This document shows, in pieces, positions 8,934-19,448 of a stretch of DNA of 64,000 nucleotides (positions are counted from its first letter, which is position 1; every line of letters begins with the position of its first letter). The notes beneath the pieces were generated by a model. The model was not told where the DNA came from and searched no databases. It was given only the letters and a program-made list of their open reading frames with translations. Origin of the DNA: Candidatus Saccharimonadales bacterium (GTDB lineage Bacteria > Patescibacteriota > Saccharimonadia > Saccharimonadales > 2-12-FULL-41-12); the NCBI GenBank assembly GCA_041906505.1, contig JAYRJB010000008.1, positions 72,053-136,052 of the forward strand, read 5' to 3'. The translations under genes were made by a program, and so were the position numbers.

Positions 8934-9769
8934 TGGCAATAAAATTGTATAAGCCAACTACTCCAGGCCGGCGCGGTATGACCTCGCAGGATTTTGATTC
9001 TATTACCGCCAAGAAGCCGCTCAAAAGCCTTGTTGCAACCAAACGCCAAAAAAGTGGTCGCAATAACCAAGGCCGAATTACCACTCGACATCGAGGGGGA
9101 GGTGCAAAACGACGCTATCGCATTATGAACTTTAATCTTGAGCCTGGTCTTAGTGCCACTATTGAGCACATCGAATACGACCCAAACCGATCGGCACACA
9201 TTGCAAGAATAATTGACAGCAACGGACAGTATCACTACATTCTTGCCAGCATAGGCATGAAGCCGGGTCAAAAGATTGTGGCCGGCGAAAAGGCAACCAT
9301 CGAAAACGGTAATCGACTGGCGCTTAAGAGTATCCCGACCGGTAGCGTGCTTCACGCGATTGAGCTTACGCCCGGCAAAGGCGCACAAATTGTCAGAAGT
9401 GCTGGATCAAGCGCTCAATTGATGGCCAAAGAGGGTGAGTATGCGCAGATTCGACTGCCAAGCGGCGAAGTTCGACAAGTGAGTATTGATTGTATGGCTA
9501 GTATTGGCGTCGTGGGAAATGAGCAACACCAAAACATTAAGATCGGAAAAGCTGGTCGCCGTAGGCGAATGGGTGTGAGGCCAACTGTTCGTGGTGTGGT
9601 GATGAACGCCGCTGACCATCCGCACGGTGGTGGTGACGGTGGGCGTCACGGGATGGGTAAAGATCCGCGCACCCCTTGGGGACAGAAAACATTGGGCTTT
9701 AAGACTCGACGTCGCAAAAGCACCACCAAGTACATCATAAGAAGCCGTCATCAAGCGAAAAGGAAATAA
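8933..9769 (+). CDS. rplB: 50S ribosomal protein L2
   Basis: 278 aa. [14 protein letters not shown] and HPHGGG motifs. Confidence 0.97.
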   Translation: MAIKLYKPTTPGRRGMTSQDFDSITAKKPLKSLVATKRQKSGRNNQGRITTRHRGGGAKRRYRIMNFNLEPGLSATIEHIEYDPNRSAHIARIIDSNGQYHYILASIGMKPGQKIVAGEKATIENGNRLALKSIPTGSVLHAIELTPGKGAQIVRSAGSSAQLMAKEGEYAQIRLPSGEVRQVSIDCMASIGVVGNEQHQNIKIGKAGRRRRMGVRPTVRGVVMNAADHPHGGGDGGRHGMGKDPRTPWGQKTLGFKTRRRKSTTKYIIRSRHQAKRK

Positions 9770-9771
9770 TC

Positions 9772-10047
9772 ATGAGTAGATCGTTAAAAAAAGGACCATT
9801 TGTAGACCCAAAACTTGCGAAAAAGGTTGCCGCCTTGGGTAGCGAAGACCGAACCATTATCAAAACGTGGGCTCGTTCAAGCGCTATTCCGCCAGAGTTT
9901 GTTGGCAAAACAGTGGCTGTCCATAACGGCAAGGTACACGTCCCGGTGTTTATTACAGAGAACATGGTTGGCCATAAGCTGGGAGAGTTTTCGCCTACAC
10001 GTAAGTTCCGAACACATGGCGGGAAGCTCGCGAAAGGAAAAAGTTAA
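9772..10047 (+). CDS. rpsS: 30S ribosomal protein S19
   Basis: 91 aa. [13 protein letters not shown]-terminus. Confidence 0.97.
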   Translation: MSRSLKKGPFVDPKLAKKVAALGSEDRTIIKTWARSSAIPPEFVGKTVAVHNGKVHVPVFITENMVGHKLGEFSPTRKFRTHGGKLAKGKS

Positions 10048-10445
10048 TGAGCGTTAAGGCAACGGCAAAGGGTGTTCGTATGAGCCCACGTAAAGTTGGG
10101 GTGGTTGCTGCGTTGGTGCGCGGTAGAACAGTTGAGGAGGCGCTCACGATACTCTCAAATACTCCCCGGCGCTCAGCGCTACCGGTGAGAAAAGTGATAG
10201 AAAGTGCCAAGGCGAACGCCGATAATAACCACTCCCTAAAGCCCGAGACTCTAAAAATTACCTACATTAGCGTCACCCCTGGACCTCGGTTGAAGCGATA
10301 TCGCCCCGCAGCGCACGGACGTGCTCTGCCGTTTCAGCGAAAAACCAGCCACATCTTTGTTCAAGTTGACGGCGAGGTGCGAGCAGCCAAAAAGGCATCT
10401 GCCAAGTCAAGTAGTAAAACAGCAGCGAAAAAGGAAGCAAAGTAA
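10047..10445 (+). CDS. rplV: 50S ribosomal protein L22 with a basic C-terminal tail
   Basis: 132 aa. L22 core plus an AAKKASAKSSSKTAAKKEAK tail. Conserved order. Confidence 0.94.
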   Translation: MSVKATAKGVRMSPRKVGVVAALVRGRTVEEALTILSNTPRRSALPVRKVIESAKANADNNHSLKPETLKITYISVTPGPRLKRYRPAAHGRALPFQRKTSHIFVQVDGEVRAAKKASAKSSSKTAAKKEAK

Positions 10446-11074
10446 TGGGCCAAAAAGTTAACCCAATTAGTATGCGCCTCCAGGTCAATAAAGATTGGCG
10501 AAGCAAGTGGTTTGCAAGCAAACGCGATTACGCAGCATATCTTACCCAGGATCTTGAGGTGAGGCGACTCATTAAAGACATGCTTGGCTCAAGAGCAGCT
10601 ATTAACAAAGTTGACATCGAAAGGTCGCCGAATATCGTGACTGTTACCATCTCTACTGCGAAGGCGGGGGTTGTCATCGGACGTGGTGGCACGGGAGCTC
10701 AAGAGCTTAAAGCACGGATTGAAAAAGTGTACGGCGTGCAGACGCGAGTCAATATTGAGGAAATCAAGAAGTCAGAAATGTACGCAAAACTGGTTGCTGA
10801 AAATATTGCTTTTCAGCTTGAACGCAGAATGTCCTTTAGGCGCGCGATCAAGCAAGCGGCCGCCGCAACAATGCGAGCCGGAGCACAAGGTGTTCGAATT
10901 GAGGTCGCGGGACGCTTAAACGGTGCGGAGATGTCGCGTCGTGAAAAAGAAGTTGCAGGGAGTGTACCGCTTCATACACTTCGGGCCGATATTGATTATT
11001 CATCTGCCCGCGCCCATACAACTGCCGGGATTATTGGCGTGAAGGTTTGGATATACAAGGGGGAGACGGTCTAA
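10445..11074 (+). CDS. rpsC: 30S ribosomal protein S3
   Basis: 209 aa. [13 protein letters not shown]-terminus with a KH-domain core. Confidence 0.97.
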   Translation: MGQKVNPISMRLQVNKDWRSKWFASKRDYAAYLTQDLEVRRLIKDMLGSRAAINKVDIERSPNIVTVTISTAKAGVVIGRGGTGAQELKARIEKVYGVQTRVNIEEIKKSEMYAKLVAENIAFQLERRMSFRRAIKQAAAATMRAGAQGVRIEVAGRLNGAEMSRREKEVAGSVPLHTLRADIDYSSARAHTTAGIIGVKVWIYKGETV

Positions 11075-11487
11075 TGTTGATGCCAAATAAGACCAAGTTT
11101 CGACGAGTACGAAAGGGCCGAATCAAGGGACCGGCAACGTCTGGTAACACTATTGCATTCGGTGATTTTGCGCTGCAATCGACAGGCACCGAACGGATAA
11201 GTAGTCGCCAGATCGAATCGGCCAGACAAGCCATGACGCGCTATATAAAGCGCGGAGGCAAAATATGGATTCGAATATTTCCTCATACCCCCGTTACCAG
11301 AAAGGCGCTTGGACTCAAGATGGGTGGCGGGAAAGGTTCGCCAGAGTTTTTCGTTGCAAAAGTACGCCCTGGAACGATTCTATTTGAGATGCAGGGTGTA
11401 TCCGAAGAAGTTGCCCGAGAAGCTATGCGACTTGCGAGCCATAAACTTCCGGTTAAGACAAAGTTCATTACGAGGGAGTCAGACTAA
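11074..11487 (+). CDS. rplP: 50S ribosomal protein L16
   Basis: [16 protein letters not shown]. The ATG overlaps the rpsC TAA (TAATG). The track ORF starting at 11047 is an upstream in-frame extension. Confidence 0.95.
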   Translation: MLMPNKTKFRRVRKGRIKGPATSGNTIAFGDFALQSTGTERISSRQIESARQAMTRYIKRGGKIWIRIFPHTPVTRKALGLKMGGGKGSPEFFVAKVRPGTILFEMQGVSEEVAREAMRLASHKLPVKTKFITRESD

Positions 11488-11687
11488 TGAAGACCGCTGA
11501 GATCCGAAAAATGAAAACGACCGAAATTATGGATAGTGTGGCAGCGCTAAGAGTTGAGATTGTCGAGCTTCGTCGTCGAATTCACATGGGAGAAACCCAA
11601 AATGTCCGTATATTGCGCAGTAAGCGTAAAGATTTGGCTCGGATGCTAACAATTATGAGTGAACAGCTCTCAAAGGAGAATATATAA
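11487..11687 (+). CDS. rpmC: 50S ribosomal protein L29
   Basis: 66 aa, helical. Positioned between rplP and rpsQ. Confidence 0.92.
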   Translation: MKTAEIRKMKTTEIMDSVAALRVEIVELRRRIHMGETQNVRILRSKRKDLARMLTIMSEQLSKENI

Positions 11688-12004
11688 TGGCAAAAACCTT
11701 GATCGGTACGGTGTCTTCTGTTTCCGCTGACAAGACTATTGTCATTACGGTTCATACACGGAAAACGCACCCACTTTATAAGAAACAATACTCAGTTACG
11801 ACGAAATATATTGCCCATGATGAGAAGAACCAGTGCAGTGTCGGTGACAAAGTTGCTATCGAAGAAACCCGACCTCTCTCTGCGAGAAAACGCCATACCC
11901 TTAAAGAGGTTATTGGTAAGGCCAAGCTTTCCAGAGAAGATCTTGATGTGATCGAGAAGGAGTCGAAGGTGGCGCCAAAGGATGACGAGGAGGCGAAGTC
12001 ATGA
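11687..12004 (+). CDS. rpsQ: 30S ribosomal protein S17 with an acidic/basic C-terminal tail
   Basis: 105 aa. S17 core ([16 protein letters not shown]...) plus a tail of about 25 aa. Confidence 0.94.
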   Translation: MAKTLIGTVSSVSADKTIVITVHTRKTHPLYKKQYSVTTKYIAHDEKNQCSVGDKVAIEETRPLSARKRHTLKEVIGKAKLSREDLDVIEKESKVAPKDDEEAKS

Positions 12005-12369
12005 TTCAGCAAGAGTCGCGTCTAAGCGTCTGCGACAACAGTGGCGCCAAGGAGATTTTGTGCATTCGTGTGCTCGGGGGAACTCGAAGACGTTACGCAC
12101 ATGTCGGCGACGTTATTACTGCAACTGTCAAACAAGCAAATCCCAATGGTACCGTGAAGAAGAAAAGCGTTGTTCGTGCGGTAGTTGTTCGTACGACCAA
12201 CGTCATTAAGCGCAAAGATGGTTCAACGATACGATTTGACGACAATGCTGCCGTAATTATCGGCGACGATAAACAGCCGCGCGCAACGCGCATTTTTGGC
12301 CCGGTTCCCAGAGAGCTTCGAGATATGGGATATAACAAAATAATTAGTCTTGCTCCAGAGGTACTTTAG
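12001..12369 (+). CDS. rplN: 50S ribosomal protein L14
   Basis: 122 aa. [18 protein letters not shown]-terminus. Confidence 0.97.
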   Translation: MIQQESRLSVCDNSGAKEILCIRVLGGTRRRYAHVGDVITATVKQANPNGTVKKKSVVRAVVVRTTNVIKRKDGSTIRFDDNAAVIIGDDKQPRATRIFGPVPRELRDMGYNKIISLAPEVL

Positions 12370-12371
12370 CT

Positions 12372-12719
12372 ATGAAAGTAAAGTCTAAAACAGTGTATAA
12401 AATCCGACTCAAGAAGGGTGATGAGGTTGTAGTTATTGCTGGAAAGTACAAGGGCAAAACAGGAAAAGTAATTGCGACGCATCCAACGCTCAATAAAGTT
12501 ACGATCGAAGGAATTAACGTCGTAAAAAAGGCCATTAAGCCAAGCACCAACAATAAATATCCACAAGGCGGAATTATTGAGATTACCAAACCGTTGTGGG
12601 TGAGTAAAGTTGCAGTTATTGAGCCAACTACAAAAAAACCAAGCAAGATTGGTTATCAGATGGCAAAAGATGGTACAAAAACCCGCGTGTATAAAAGGAC
12701 AGGAAAGGTAATTAAGTAA
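12372..12719 (+). CDS. rplX: 50S ribosomal protein L24
   Basis: 115 aa. KOW motif KKGDEVVVIAGKYKGKTGKV. Confidence 0.95.
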   Translation: MKVKSKTVYKIRLKKGDEVVVIAGKYKGKTGKVIATHPTLNKVTIEGINVVKKAIKPSTNNKYPQGGIIEITKPLWVSKVAVIEPTTKKPSKIGYQMAKDGTKTRVYKRTGKVIK

Positions 12720-13300
12720 TGGCTACAGCAAAAGCATCCTCCACAGCTACTTTGCCGCGATTGAAGCAGCTTTACTTGACGACCTATGCAAATGAGCTTA
12801 AGGAAGAACTAAAGCTTAAGAATGTTCATGAGATTCCAAAACTCGAGAAGATTGTTATCAACGTCGGGCTGGGGCGTTCAAAGGATGACAAAAAAATGTT
12901 TGAAGTCGCGGCCAACACGTTGGCAAAAATAACTGGCCAAAAACCAATTGACACTTATGCGAAGCTATCAATTGCATCATTTAAGCTTCGAGAAGGCAAT
13001 AAGATTGGGCTCAAAGTGACGTTGCGTGGCGATCGAATGTACGAATTTTTAGACCGATTAATAAATTTGGTGCTTCCAAGGCTTCGTGATTTTCACGGTG
13101 TTAGTAACCGAGCATTTGATAAGCAGGGTAATTATGCCATCGGGCTCAGAGAGCAATCTATCTTTCCTGAGCTTAGCTTCGAAGAGACGACGACCGCACA
13201 TGGGTTACAGGTGACCATCGTGACTGACACAGATAATCAAGACTACTCAAAAGCACTATTAACCAAGTTTGGAATGCCGTTCCAAAAGGAGACTAAATAA
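12719..13300 (+). CDS. rplE: 50S ribosomal protein L5
   Basis: 193 aa. Typical L5 core. Conserved order. Confidence 0.96.
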   Translation: MATAKASSTATLPRLKQLYLTTYANELKEELKLKNVHEIPKLEKIVINVGLGRSKDDKKMFEVAANTLAKITGQKPIDTYAKLSIASFKLREGNKIGLKVTLRGDRMYEFLDRLINLVLPRLRDFHGVSNRAFDKQGNYAIGLREQSIFPELSFEETTTAHGLQVTIVTDTDNQDYSKALLTKFGMPFQKETK

Positions 13301-13569
13301 TGGCAAAGAAATCGATTATTGCCCGCGATGAAAAGCGTGCACAAATGATACAGAAATATGCCCAAAAGCGGGCGGCGCTCAAGGCTGTAGGTGACCAGGA
13401 AGGCTTGCATAAGCTACCCAGGAACTCATCTCCCACCCGAAAGAAAAATCGCTGCAGCGAAACTGGACGACCTCGTGGCTATATGAGGACGTTTGGATTA
13501 AGTCGAATTTCTTTTAGAGAGCACGCAAGCAAGGGAGAGATCCCAGGTGTAACGAAAGCGAGTTGGTAA
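13300..13569 (+). CDS. rpsN: 30S ribosomal protein S14 (89-aa form with a single Cys)
   Basis: [13 protein letters not shown]...[33 protein letters not shown]. Confidence 0.95.
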   Translation: MAKKSIIARDEKRAQMIQKYAQKRAALKAVGDQEGLHKLPRNSSPTRKKNRCSETGRPRGYMRTFGLSRISFREHASKGEIPGVTKASW

Positions 13570-13571
13570 TT

Positions 13572-13967
13572 ATGGTCTCAACTGATCCAATTTCAGATAT
13601 GCTCACGCGAATTCGCAACGCAATCGCGGTCTCTAAAACAGAGGTTCGCATGCCGTATTCTAAGGTGAAGTATAATGTCGCAACCTTGCTACAGTCACAC
13701 CGATTTATAGATAAAGTCGAGGCTGACGGAGAGGGCATTGATAAAGCGTTGATAGTCACAATAAATAACGAAGCGTCAAATGCCCGAATTACAGAAATTG
13801 TCCGCTTGAGTAAGCCTGGCCGCCGTATGTATGTCAGTGCGGATAAGATTCCTGTCGTAAAACGCGGCCGTGGTATTGTCATTGTTTCGACGTCAAAAGG
13901 CATGATGGTTGGTGACGAAGCAAGGAAGACCCACTTGGGCGGCGAATTAATTTGTAAGGTTTATTAA
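13572..13967 (+). CDS. rpsH: 30S ribosomal protein S8
   Basis: MVSTDPISDMLTRIRNA. The ATG at 13572 is preferred over the in-frame TTG at 13563. Confidence 0.95.
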   Translation: MVSTDPISDMLTRIRNAIAVSKTEVRMPYSKVKYNVATLLQSHRFIDKVEADGEGIDKALIVTINNEASNARITEIVRLSKPGRRMYVSADKIPVVKRGRGIVIVSTSKGMMVGDEARKTHLGGELICKVY

Positions 13968-13976
13968 GGAAGCATT

Positions 13977-14516
13977 ATGAGTCGAGTAGGAAAACTACCA
14001 ATCAAGCTAGAAAGCGGTGTGACAATTACTGTCGATAACGATGCGATTACAGTTGCGGGTCCCAAAGGAACCTTGTCACAGTTCACTATGCCCGGCATTG
14101 TTGTGAAGCAGCAGGATAGTGAAGTGATCGTCAGCAGAGAAAGTGATATCCCAGAGCACCGCGCCAAACATGGTTTAATGCGTACTTTAGTTGCAAATAT
14201 GGCCACTGGGGTGAGTAAAGGGTTCGAAAAGAAGCTCGAGGTTAACGGCGTAGGTTTTCGGGTTGCTCTGGCTGGTAATCAGATCAAAATGAATCTCGGA
14301 TTCTCACACGAAGTTGTGTATACGCTTCCGCAAGGCATCACTGCCACTGTCGAACAGAATATCATCACGATTTCGGGAATTGATAAGCAGCAGGTGGGGC
14401 AGGTGGCCGCCGAAATCCGATCACTCAAAAAACCCGAGCCATATAAAGGTAAAGGCATCAAATATGTTGGTGAGCGTATCATTAGGAAGAGCGGAAAGTC
14501 GGGTAAGGATAAGTAG
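13977..14516 (+). CDS. rplF: 50S ribosomal protein L6
   Basis: 179 aa. MSRVGKLPI N-terminus. Confidence 0.96.
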   Translation: MSRVGKLPIKLESGVTITVDNDAITVAGPKGTLSQFTMPGIVVKQQDSEVIVSRESDIPEHRAKHGLMRTLVANMATGVSKGFEKKLEVNGVGFRVALAGNQIKMNLGFSHEVVYTLPQGITATVEQNIITISGIDKQQVGQVAAEIRSLKKPEPYKGKGIKYVGERIIRKSGKSGKDK

Positions 14517-14518
14517 CT

Positions 14519-14875
14519 ATGAATAGATTGCAATCAAAAAGAGATAATGCCGCAAGACGAGCTCACAGAACCCGAGCAACTGTTATCGGGACATCGCAGC
14601 GACCACGGCTATCGGTCCATATTACGAACCTACATGTTACCGCTCAGATTATTGATGACTCCAAAAAAGTTACCCTCGTGAGCGTGACAACCGTTGGACA
14701 GAAAGACGTAAAGGGCACAATGACATCTAAGGCCGAATGGGTTGGGTCAGAAATAGCCAAGAAGGCCAAAGCCAAAAAAATCAAACAAGTTGCGTTTGAT
14801 CGTGGAGCCAAGCTGTATCATGGACGAATAAAAGCGCTCGCAGACAGCGCTCGTAAGGAAGGACTGGAGTTTTAA
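14519..14875 (+). CDS. rplR: 50S ribosomal protein L18
   Basis: 118 aa. The C-terminus FDRGAKLYHGRIKALADSARKEGLEF is typical of L18. Confidence 0.95.
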   Translation: MNRLQSKRDNAARRAHRTRATVIGTSQRPRLSVHITNLHVTAQIIDDSKKVTLVSVTTVGQKDVKGTMTSKAEWVGSEIAKKAKAKKIKQVAFDRGAKLYHGRIKALADSARKEGLEF

Positions 14876-14877
14876 TT

Positions 14878-15453
14878 ATGGCAGACACACCTCAAAAGAC
14901 GCGCCCAGCACCGGCGCATTCCGAAGAGAAGCAATATGACGAAAGGGTCGTGCACATTGATCGTGTCGCGCGGGTGGTAAAAGGTGGACGAAGATTTCGT
15001 TTCCGTGCGCTTGTAGTAGTTGGCGACCACAAAGGTCGCGTTGCTGTTGGTATTGCAAAGGGCGCTGATGTAACGGCGGCGGTCGCAAAAGCGGTAGAGT
15101 CAGCGAAGAAGAACTTCACAACCCTAAAGCTTTACAAAGGAACATTTCCCCACGAAGCACAGGCAAAAGTCGCTGGTTCTAACATCCTGCTCAAGCCAGC
15201 AAGTGCTGGTACGGGACTTATTGCTGGTGGAGTAGTGCGCACAGTCCTTGAAGTTGCAGGTGTGAGCAACGCACTTTCAAAATCGCTGGGCTCAACAAAC
15301 AAGATTAACACTGCATATGCAACACTTGAGGCTTTGAAAAGCATGGAGTCGGCTGATAAATGGGTTACGCGGATAGACAGACCTATCTCAAAACCGAAAA
15401 AATCCACGACCACAAAGACAGGCACAAAAGCAGTGTCTAAGGATAAGAAATAA
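14878..15453 (+). CDS. rpsE: 30S ribosomal protein S5 with a basic C-terminal tail
   Basis: 191 aa. Motif [19 protein letters not shown]. Tail [22 protein letters not shown]. Confidence 0.96.
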   Translation: MADTPQKTRPAPAHSEEKQYDERVVHIDRVARVVKGGRRFRFRALVVVGDHKGRVAVGIAKGADVTAAVAKAVESAKKNFTTLKLYKGTFPHEAQAKVAGSNILLKPASAGTGLIAGGVVRTVLEVAGVSNALSKSLGSTNKINTAYATLEALKSMESADKWVTRIDRPISKPKKSTTTKTGTKAVSKDKK

Positions 15454-15920
15454 TGAAGTTTAATGAGCTAAATCTTACACCAAACAAGAAGCCCAAACGC
15501 GTAGGACGTGGTATTTCTGCTGGAAGGGGTAAAACTGCTGGAAGAGGCACAAAAGGCCAAGGTTCGCGTAAAAGTGGGGGTGTCAGGCCGGGCTTTGAAG
15601 GTGGGCAAATGCCTCTCTATATGCGTATACCAAAACTGCGAGGATTTACGTCACATCGAACGAAAACCAGGCAAGTCTACACCAGCGACCTTCAGACACT
15701 TGGTAAAACAGAAGTAACAACTACAGTGCTGGCAGATGCTGGACTCATAGAGAACCCTTATGTAAAAACCAAACTAATCGTCAAGGGCGATCTCACAAAA
15801 AAGATGGTTGTGAAGCTTCAGTACGCAAGCGCGCCCGCCGTTGCGCTGCTGCAAAAGGCTGGGGGTAGTTTTGAAAAGACAGAACAGCTAAAAAGACCTT
15901 CAACACGCAAAAAGTCGTAG
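15453..15920 (+). CDS. rplO: 50S ribosomal protein L15
   Basis: 155 aa. G/R/K-rich N-terminus [21 protein letters not shown]. The start overlaps the rpsE stop by 1 nt, so no rpmD lies between them. Confidence 0.95.
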   Translation: MKFNELNLTPNKKPKRVGRGISAGRGKTAGRGTKGQGSRKSGGVRPGFEGGQMPLYMRIPKLRGFTSHRTKTRQVYTSDLQTLGKTEVTTTVLADAGLIENPYVKTKLIVKGDLTKKMVVKLQYASAPAVALLQKAGGSFEKTEQLKRPSTRKKS

Positions 15921-16008
15921 AGAAGTAGAGAAATCTAGGGTACAATATCACTTGATAGTCGAGAGGTGTGTAGCCCGAGATAACAAAGAGGGTAAATAAG
16001 AACGATTC

Positions 16009-17496
16009 ATGAATTGGAAGGTAATTTGGAAATCACTGTCAGACAGCGATATGAGGAATCGTATTCTCATTGTTCTGGGTATCCTGGTTATCTTTCGGGT
16101 CTTGTCGCATATTCCAATTCCACTCACAAACCCTCAAACCTTACGCCAAGTTCTTGAAACACTATTTACCTCGTCCGACACACCACAGTTCTTAAGCTTT
16201 TTGAACGTGCTCTCTGGGGGAGCACTGGCTAATTTTTCCATTATGCTGGTGGGTCTTGGTCCATACATTAATGCCAGCATTATTATGCAGTTGCTCACCA
16301 AGGCAATTCCTAAATTGGAGGCACTGAACAAAGAGGGCGAATTTGGGCGTAAAAAGATAAATCAGTACACCAGAATGCTTACGCTGCCACTAGCAATCAT
16401 CCAATCCGTTGGAGTTATATATCTTGTCAAACAGCAAGCTGCGCAAGTTGCGGGCCTTGGAGACATAACAGCGGGGAGTGGTGTTGGGCAATGGATTTTG
16501 ATGATAACCGCATTGACCGCGGGGGCAATGATGCTGATGTGGTTGGGTGAGTTGATAACCGAGCAGAATATTGGAAATGGTATTTCATTACTGATAACCG
16601 TTGGTATCGTGTCATCGCTGCCAGGGACGGTTGCATCGCTGCTTTCGTCTGTGGTTGCAGGAGATGCAAAATGGAGTGTATTTGGACTAACCCTCCCAAT
16701 TGATAAAAAAGGCTTCTTGCTTGCTATTGGCCTTGCTTTGGCGGCGTTTATTGTGACGCTTATTGTCGTCCGCTTAAACGAGGCGGCAAGGCGGCTTACT
16801 GTGCATTATGCCAAAAGGGTGCAGGGCAATAGAACGTATGGGGGTGTAACAACTATGTTGCCCGTGAAGTTAATTACGGCCGGAGTTGTGCCGATAATTT
16901 TTGCAGTTGCGTTTTTAAGCGTGCCAAGTTTCGTTGGGCAAATATTTAGCAGTAGTCAGAGCGCCAGACTGCAAGAAATTGGTGGAAACCTTTTGGCGTG
17001 GTTTCAGCCACCGACGTCTCAATCTCTCACCTCTGGTGATTGGCATGCGTACATTTACCCCGTTGTGTATTTCCTGCTAGTGTTTTTGTTTACGTTCTTC
17101 TATACCAGTATTGCCTTCAATGCAAAAGAAATCGCCGAAAACCTTCAAAAGCAGGGAGGATTTATTGAGAGCGTTCGTTCTGGATCACAGACAGAAAAGT
17201 ACTTGTCTAAAGTGGTAACGCGACTTACGCTTTTTGGCGGACTCGCACTAGGGCTGCTCGCGGTGCTGCCGATTATCGGTGAGGCATACCTAGGGAATAA
17301 TCTGGCAATTGGCGGTACGAGTATCTTGATTCTTGTGTCAGTATCACTTGAGACGCTGCGACAAGTCGAATCACGTGCATTAATGATTACCTACAACCAA
17401 TACGACGGTACCGACTTTTTTCAAGAAGTTGAACCAGAGCAAAAGCGACGCAGATTCATACCAAAGCGATTGCGAAAAAATAAATCTAAGAAATAA
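16009..17496 (+). CDS. secY: preprotein translocase subunit SecY
   Basis: 495 aa, polytopic. Position after rplO. Basic C-terminal tail. Confidence 0.95.
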   Translation: MNWKVIWKSLSDSDMRNRILIVLGILVIFRVLSHIPIPLTNPQTLRQVLETLFTSSDTPQFLSFLNVLSGGALANFSIMLVGLGPYINASIIMQLLTKAIPKLEALNKEGEFGRKKINQYTRMLTLPLAIIQSVGVIYLVKQQAAQVAGLGDITAGSGVGQWILMITALTAGAMMLMWLGELITEQNIGNGISLLITVGIVSSLPGTVASLLSSVVAGDAKWSVFGLTLPIDKKGFLLAIGLALAAFIVTLIVVRLNEAARRLTVHYAKRVQGNRTYGGVTTMLPVKLITAGVVPIIFAVAFLSVPSFVGQIFSSSQSARLQEIGGNLLAWFQPPTSQSLTSGDWHAYIYPVVYFLLVFLFTFFYTSIAFNAKEIAENLQKQGGFIESVRSGSQTEKYLSKVVTRLTLFGGLALGLLAVLPIIGEAYLGNNLAIGGTSILILVSVSLETLRQVESRALMITYNQYDGTDFFQEVEPEQKRRRFIPKRLRKNKSKK

Positions 17497-17509
17497 CCCA
17501 AAACTACCC

Positions 17510-17539
17510 TTTACAAATCCAGTACTAATCTGTTACAAT
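17510..17539 (+). promoter_or_regulatory. candidate promoter for infA
   Basis: TTTACA (17510-17515), 18-nt spacer, TGtTACAAT (-10 at 17534-17539). Confidence 0.5.
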
Positions 17540-17558
17540 TTACGTCTAGTTATATTTT

Positions 17559-17780
17559 ATGGCCAAAAATAAGGAAGTTATCGAGCTCTCGGGTGTTATC
17601 ACCGAAACACTGCCAGGAACTCAGTTCCGGGTAGAGCTTCAAAACGGTCATGAAATCATAGCTCATGTCGCTGGTAAGATGCGGAAACACTACATTCGCA
17701 TTGTTCCAGGAGACAGCGTTACGGTCGAGTTGACCCCTTATGATCTTACAAAGGGCAGAATCACCTATCGCAAATCGTGA
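17559..17780 (+). CDS. infA: translation initiation factor IF-1
   Basis: 73 aa. [43 protein letters not shown]... is canonical IF-1. Confidence 0.97.
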   Translation: MAKNKEVIELSGVITETLPGTQFRVELQNGHEIIAHVAGKMRKHYIRIVPGDSVTVELTPYDLTKGRITYRKS

Positions 17781-17897
17781 ATCCACGACATTAATAACTA
17801 AAAATACGCAGTGTGTCGCAGGGGAAAGCCCTCGATCCGTATACCTCCCCGTTCGTAAAGATCTGGGTGATATGAAGCCAGAAAGGAATCTCGCTGG

Positions 17898-18014
17898 ATG
17901 AAAGTACGTGCAAGTGTAAAGAAGATCTCCCCCGACGACAAAATAGTGCGTCGCAAGGGTCGTCTCTACGTGATCAACAAATTTAAGCCAAAGCATAAGC
18001 AGAGGCAGGGATAG
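17898..18014 (+). CDS. rpmJ: 50S ribosomal protein L36, Cys-less form
   Basis: Hand-translated and absent from the ORF track (38 aa): [38 protein letters not shown], then TAG at 18012-18014. The usual Zn-ligand positions read S, D and N. Confidence 0.9.
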   Translation: MKVRASVKKISPDDKIVRRKGRLYVINKFKPKHKQRQG

Positions 18015-18017
18015 TTT

Positions 18018-18404
18018 ATGGCGCGAATCTCTGGAGTAACAATTCCAAACGAGAAGCAAGTGCACGTGGCGCTCACATATATTTATGGAATAGGCCCAAA
18101 GCATGCAGCAGACGTTTTAAAGAAGTCTAAAGTCGAGCCAACAGTAAGAGTAAAAAATCTCACCGATGCCGAAATTGGTCGAATATCGGAAACAATAAGC
18201 AATGATTATATTGTCGAAGGCGAGTTGCAACGAATTGTAACCGGCAACATCAAGCGCCTAAAGGATATTAATTCTTATCGGGGACTACGTCACAAGTCGA
18301 ACCTCCCCAGCAGAGGCCAGCGAACGAAAACGAACGCTCGCACCCGACGTGGCAAAAAGGCAACGGTTGGTGGTACTGCAAAGAAAGCACCGTCAAAGAC
18401 GTAA
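18018..18404 (+). CDS. rpsM: 30S ribosomal protein S13
   Basis: 128 aa. MARISGVTIP N-terminus. Confidence 0.97.
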   Translation: MARISGVTIPNEKQVHVALTYIYGIGPKHAADVLKKSKVEPTVRVKNLTDAEIGRISETISNDYIVEGELQRIVTGNIKRLKDINSYRGLRHKSNLPSRGQRTKTNARTRRGKKATVGGTAKKAPSKT

Positions 18405-18418
18405 GATAGGACTAAAAT

Positions 18419-18811
18419 ATGGCTGAACCAACGGTACCAAAGAAAAAGAAAGCAAAGCGATCTGTTCCAGCAGGGCAAGTTCATGTATACGCCTCTTTTA
18501 ACAACACGATCATAACAATTACTGATTCAAGCGGTGGTGCTCTGGCAAGCGCAAGTGCGGGTGGCTGCGGATTTCGAGGAAGCAAAAAAGGCACAGCCTA
18601 TGCTGCCCAAGTTGCCTCCGAAAAGGCTATCGCAACCGCCAAACAACAGCATAATCTTGCAAAAGCCGATGTGTTTATAAAAGGAGTTGGACTTGGGCGT
18701 GAGTCAGCTGTTCGAGCGCTCGCAGCCGCAGGCATTTCTGTAGAATCAATTACCGATGTGACAACAGTTGCTCACGGCGGCGTAAGACCGAAGAAAGCAA
18801 GGAGAGTATAG
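18419..18811 (+). CDS. rpsK: 30S ribosomal protein S11
   Basis: 130 aa. Typical S11 core. Conserved order. Confidence 0.96.
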   Translation: MAEPTVPKKKKAKRSVPAGQVHVYASFNNTIITITDSSGGALASASAGGCGFRGSKKGTAYAAQVASEKAIATAKQQHNLAKADVFIKGVGLGRESAVRALAAAGISVESITDVTTVAHGGVRPKKARRV

Positions 18812-18812
18812 G

Positions 18813-19427
18813 ATGGCTCGAGACACGCATTCAATTGTAAAAATGAGCCGTCGTGAGGGGTATGCGTTGCATCCAAAGGCGCATAAGGCACTCGTGAAGC
18901 GGCCAACACCTCCTGGCCAGGCACAACGTTCGTTCAGAACTAAGGCTAGCCAGTATTCTTTGCAGCTCCGAGAAAAGCAAAAAGTGAAGAGACTCTATGG
19001 ATTACTAGAAAAGCAATTTTCGAACTTGATGAAAGAAGCCAATCGTACCGAAGGTCAGTCGGGTGAAATACTTCTACGTTTTTTGGAACAGCGCGCCGAC
19101 AATGCGGTATACCGGGCCGGTTTTGCGGTGAGCCGACGCGCATCTCGACAATTGGTTACCCACGGTCACTTCGAGCTTAATGGACGACGAGTGGACATTC
19201 CTTCCATACGACTTAACCCAGGTGACACACTTGTTGTTCGGCCAACTTCACAGAAGACTGATTACTTTAAACGACTTGACGACGTTAGCCCTGCGGGTAG
19301 CGACCTGCCATCTTGGATTAAAGTTGACCGCAAAAAATTTACAATCACAGTTACCGGCATTCCATCGAGAGAAGAAGTTGAACCAGATATCAATGAGCAA
19401 TTAATTGTTGAGTATTACTCACGCTAG
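18813..19427 (+). CDS. rpsD: 30S ribosomal protein S4
   Basis: 204 aa. S4 domain SRRASRQLVTHGHFELNGRRVDIPS. Confidence 0.96.
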   Translation: MARDTHSIVKMSRREGYALHPKAHKALVKRPTPPGQAQRSFRTKASQYSLQLREKQKVKRLYGLLEKQFSNLMKEANRTEGQSGEILLRFLEQRADNAVYRAGFAVSRRASRQLVTHGHFELNGRRVDIPSIRLNPGDTLVVRPTSQKTDYFKRLDDVSPAGSDLPSWIKVDRKKFTITVTGIPSREEVEPDINEQLIVEYYSR

Positions 19428-19448
19428 CTAAATAGGAGGCTAAACAAA

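Noticed and set aside
17781-17897. A 117-nt untranslated spacer between infA and rpmJ with a small AGGG-gaaag-CCCT hairpin.
   Set aside because: I could find only weak local pairing, no terminator or promoter signature, and no recognisable RNA motif.
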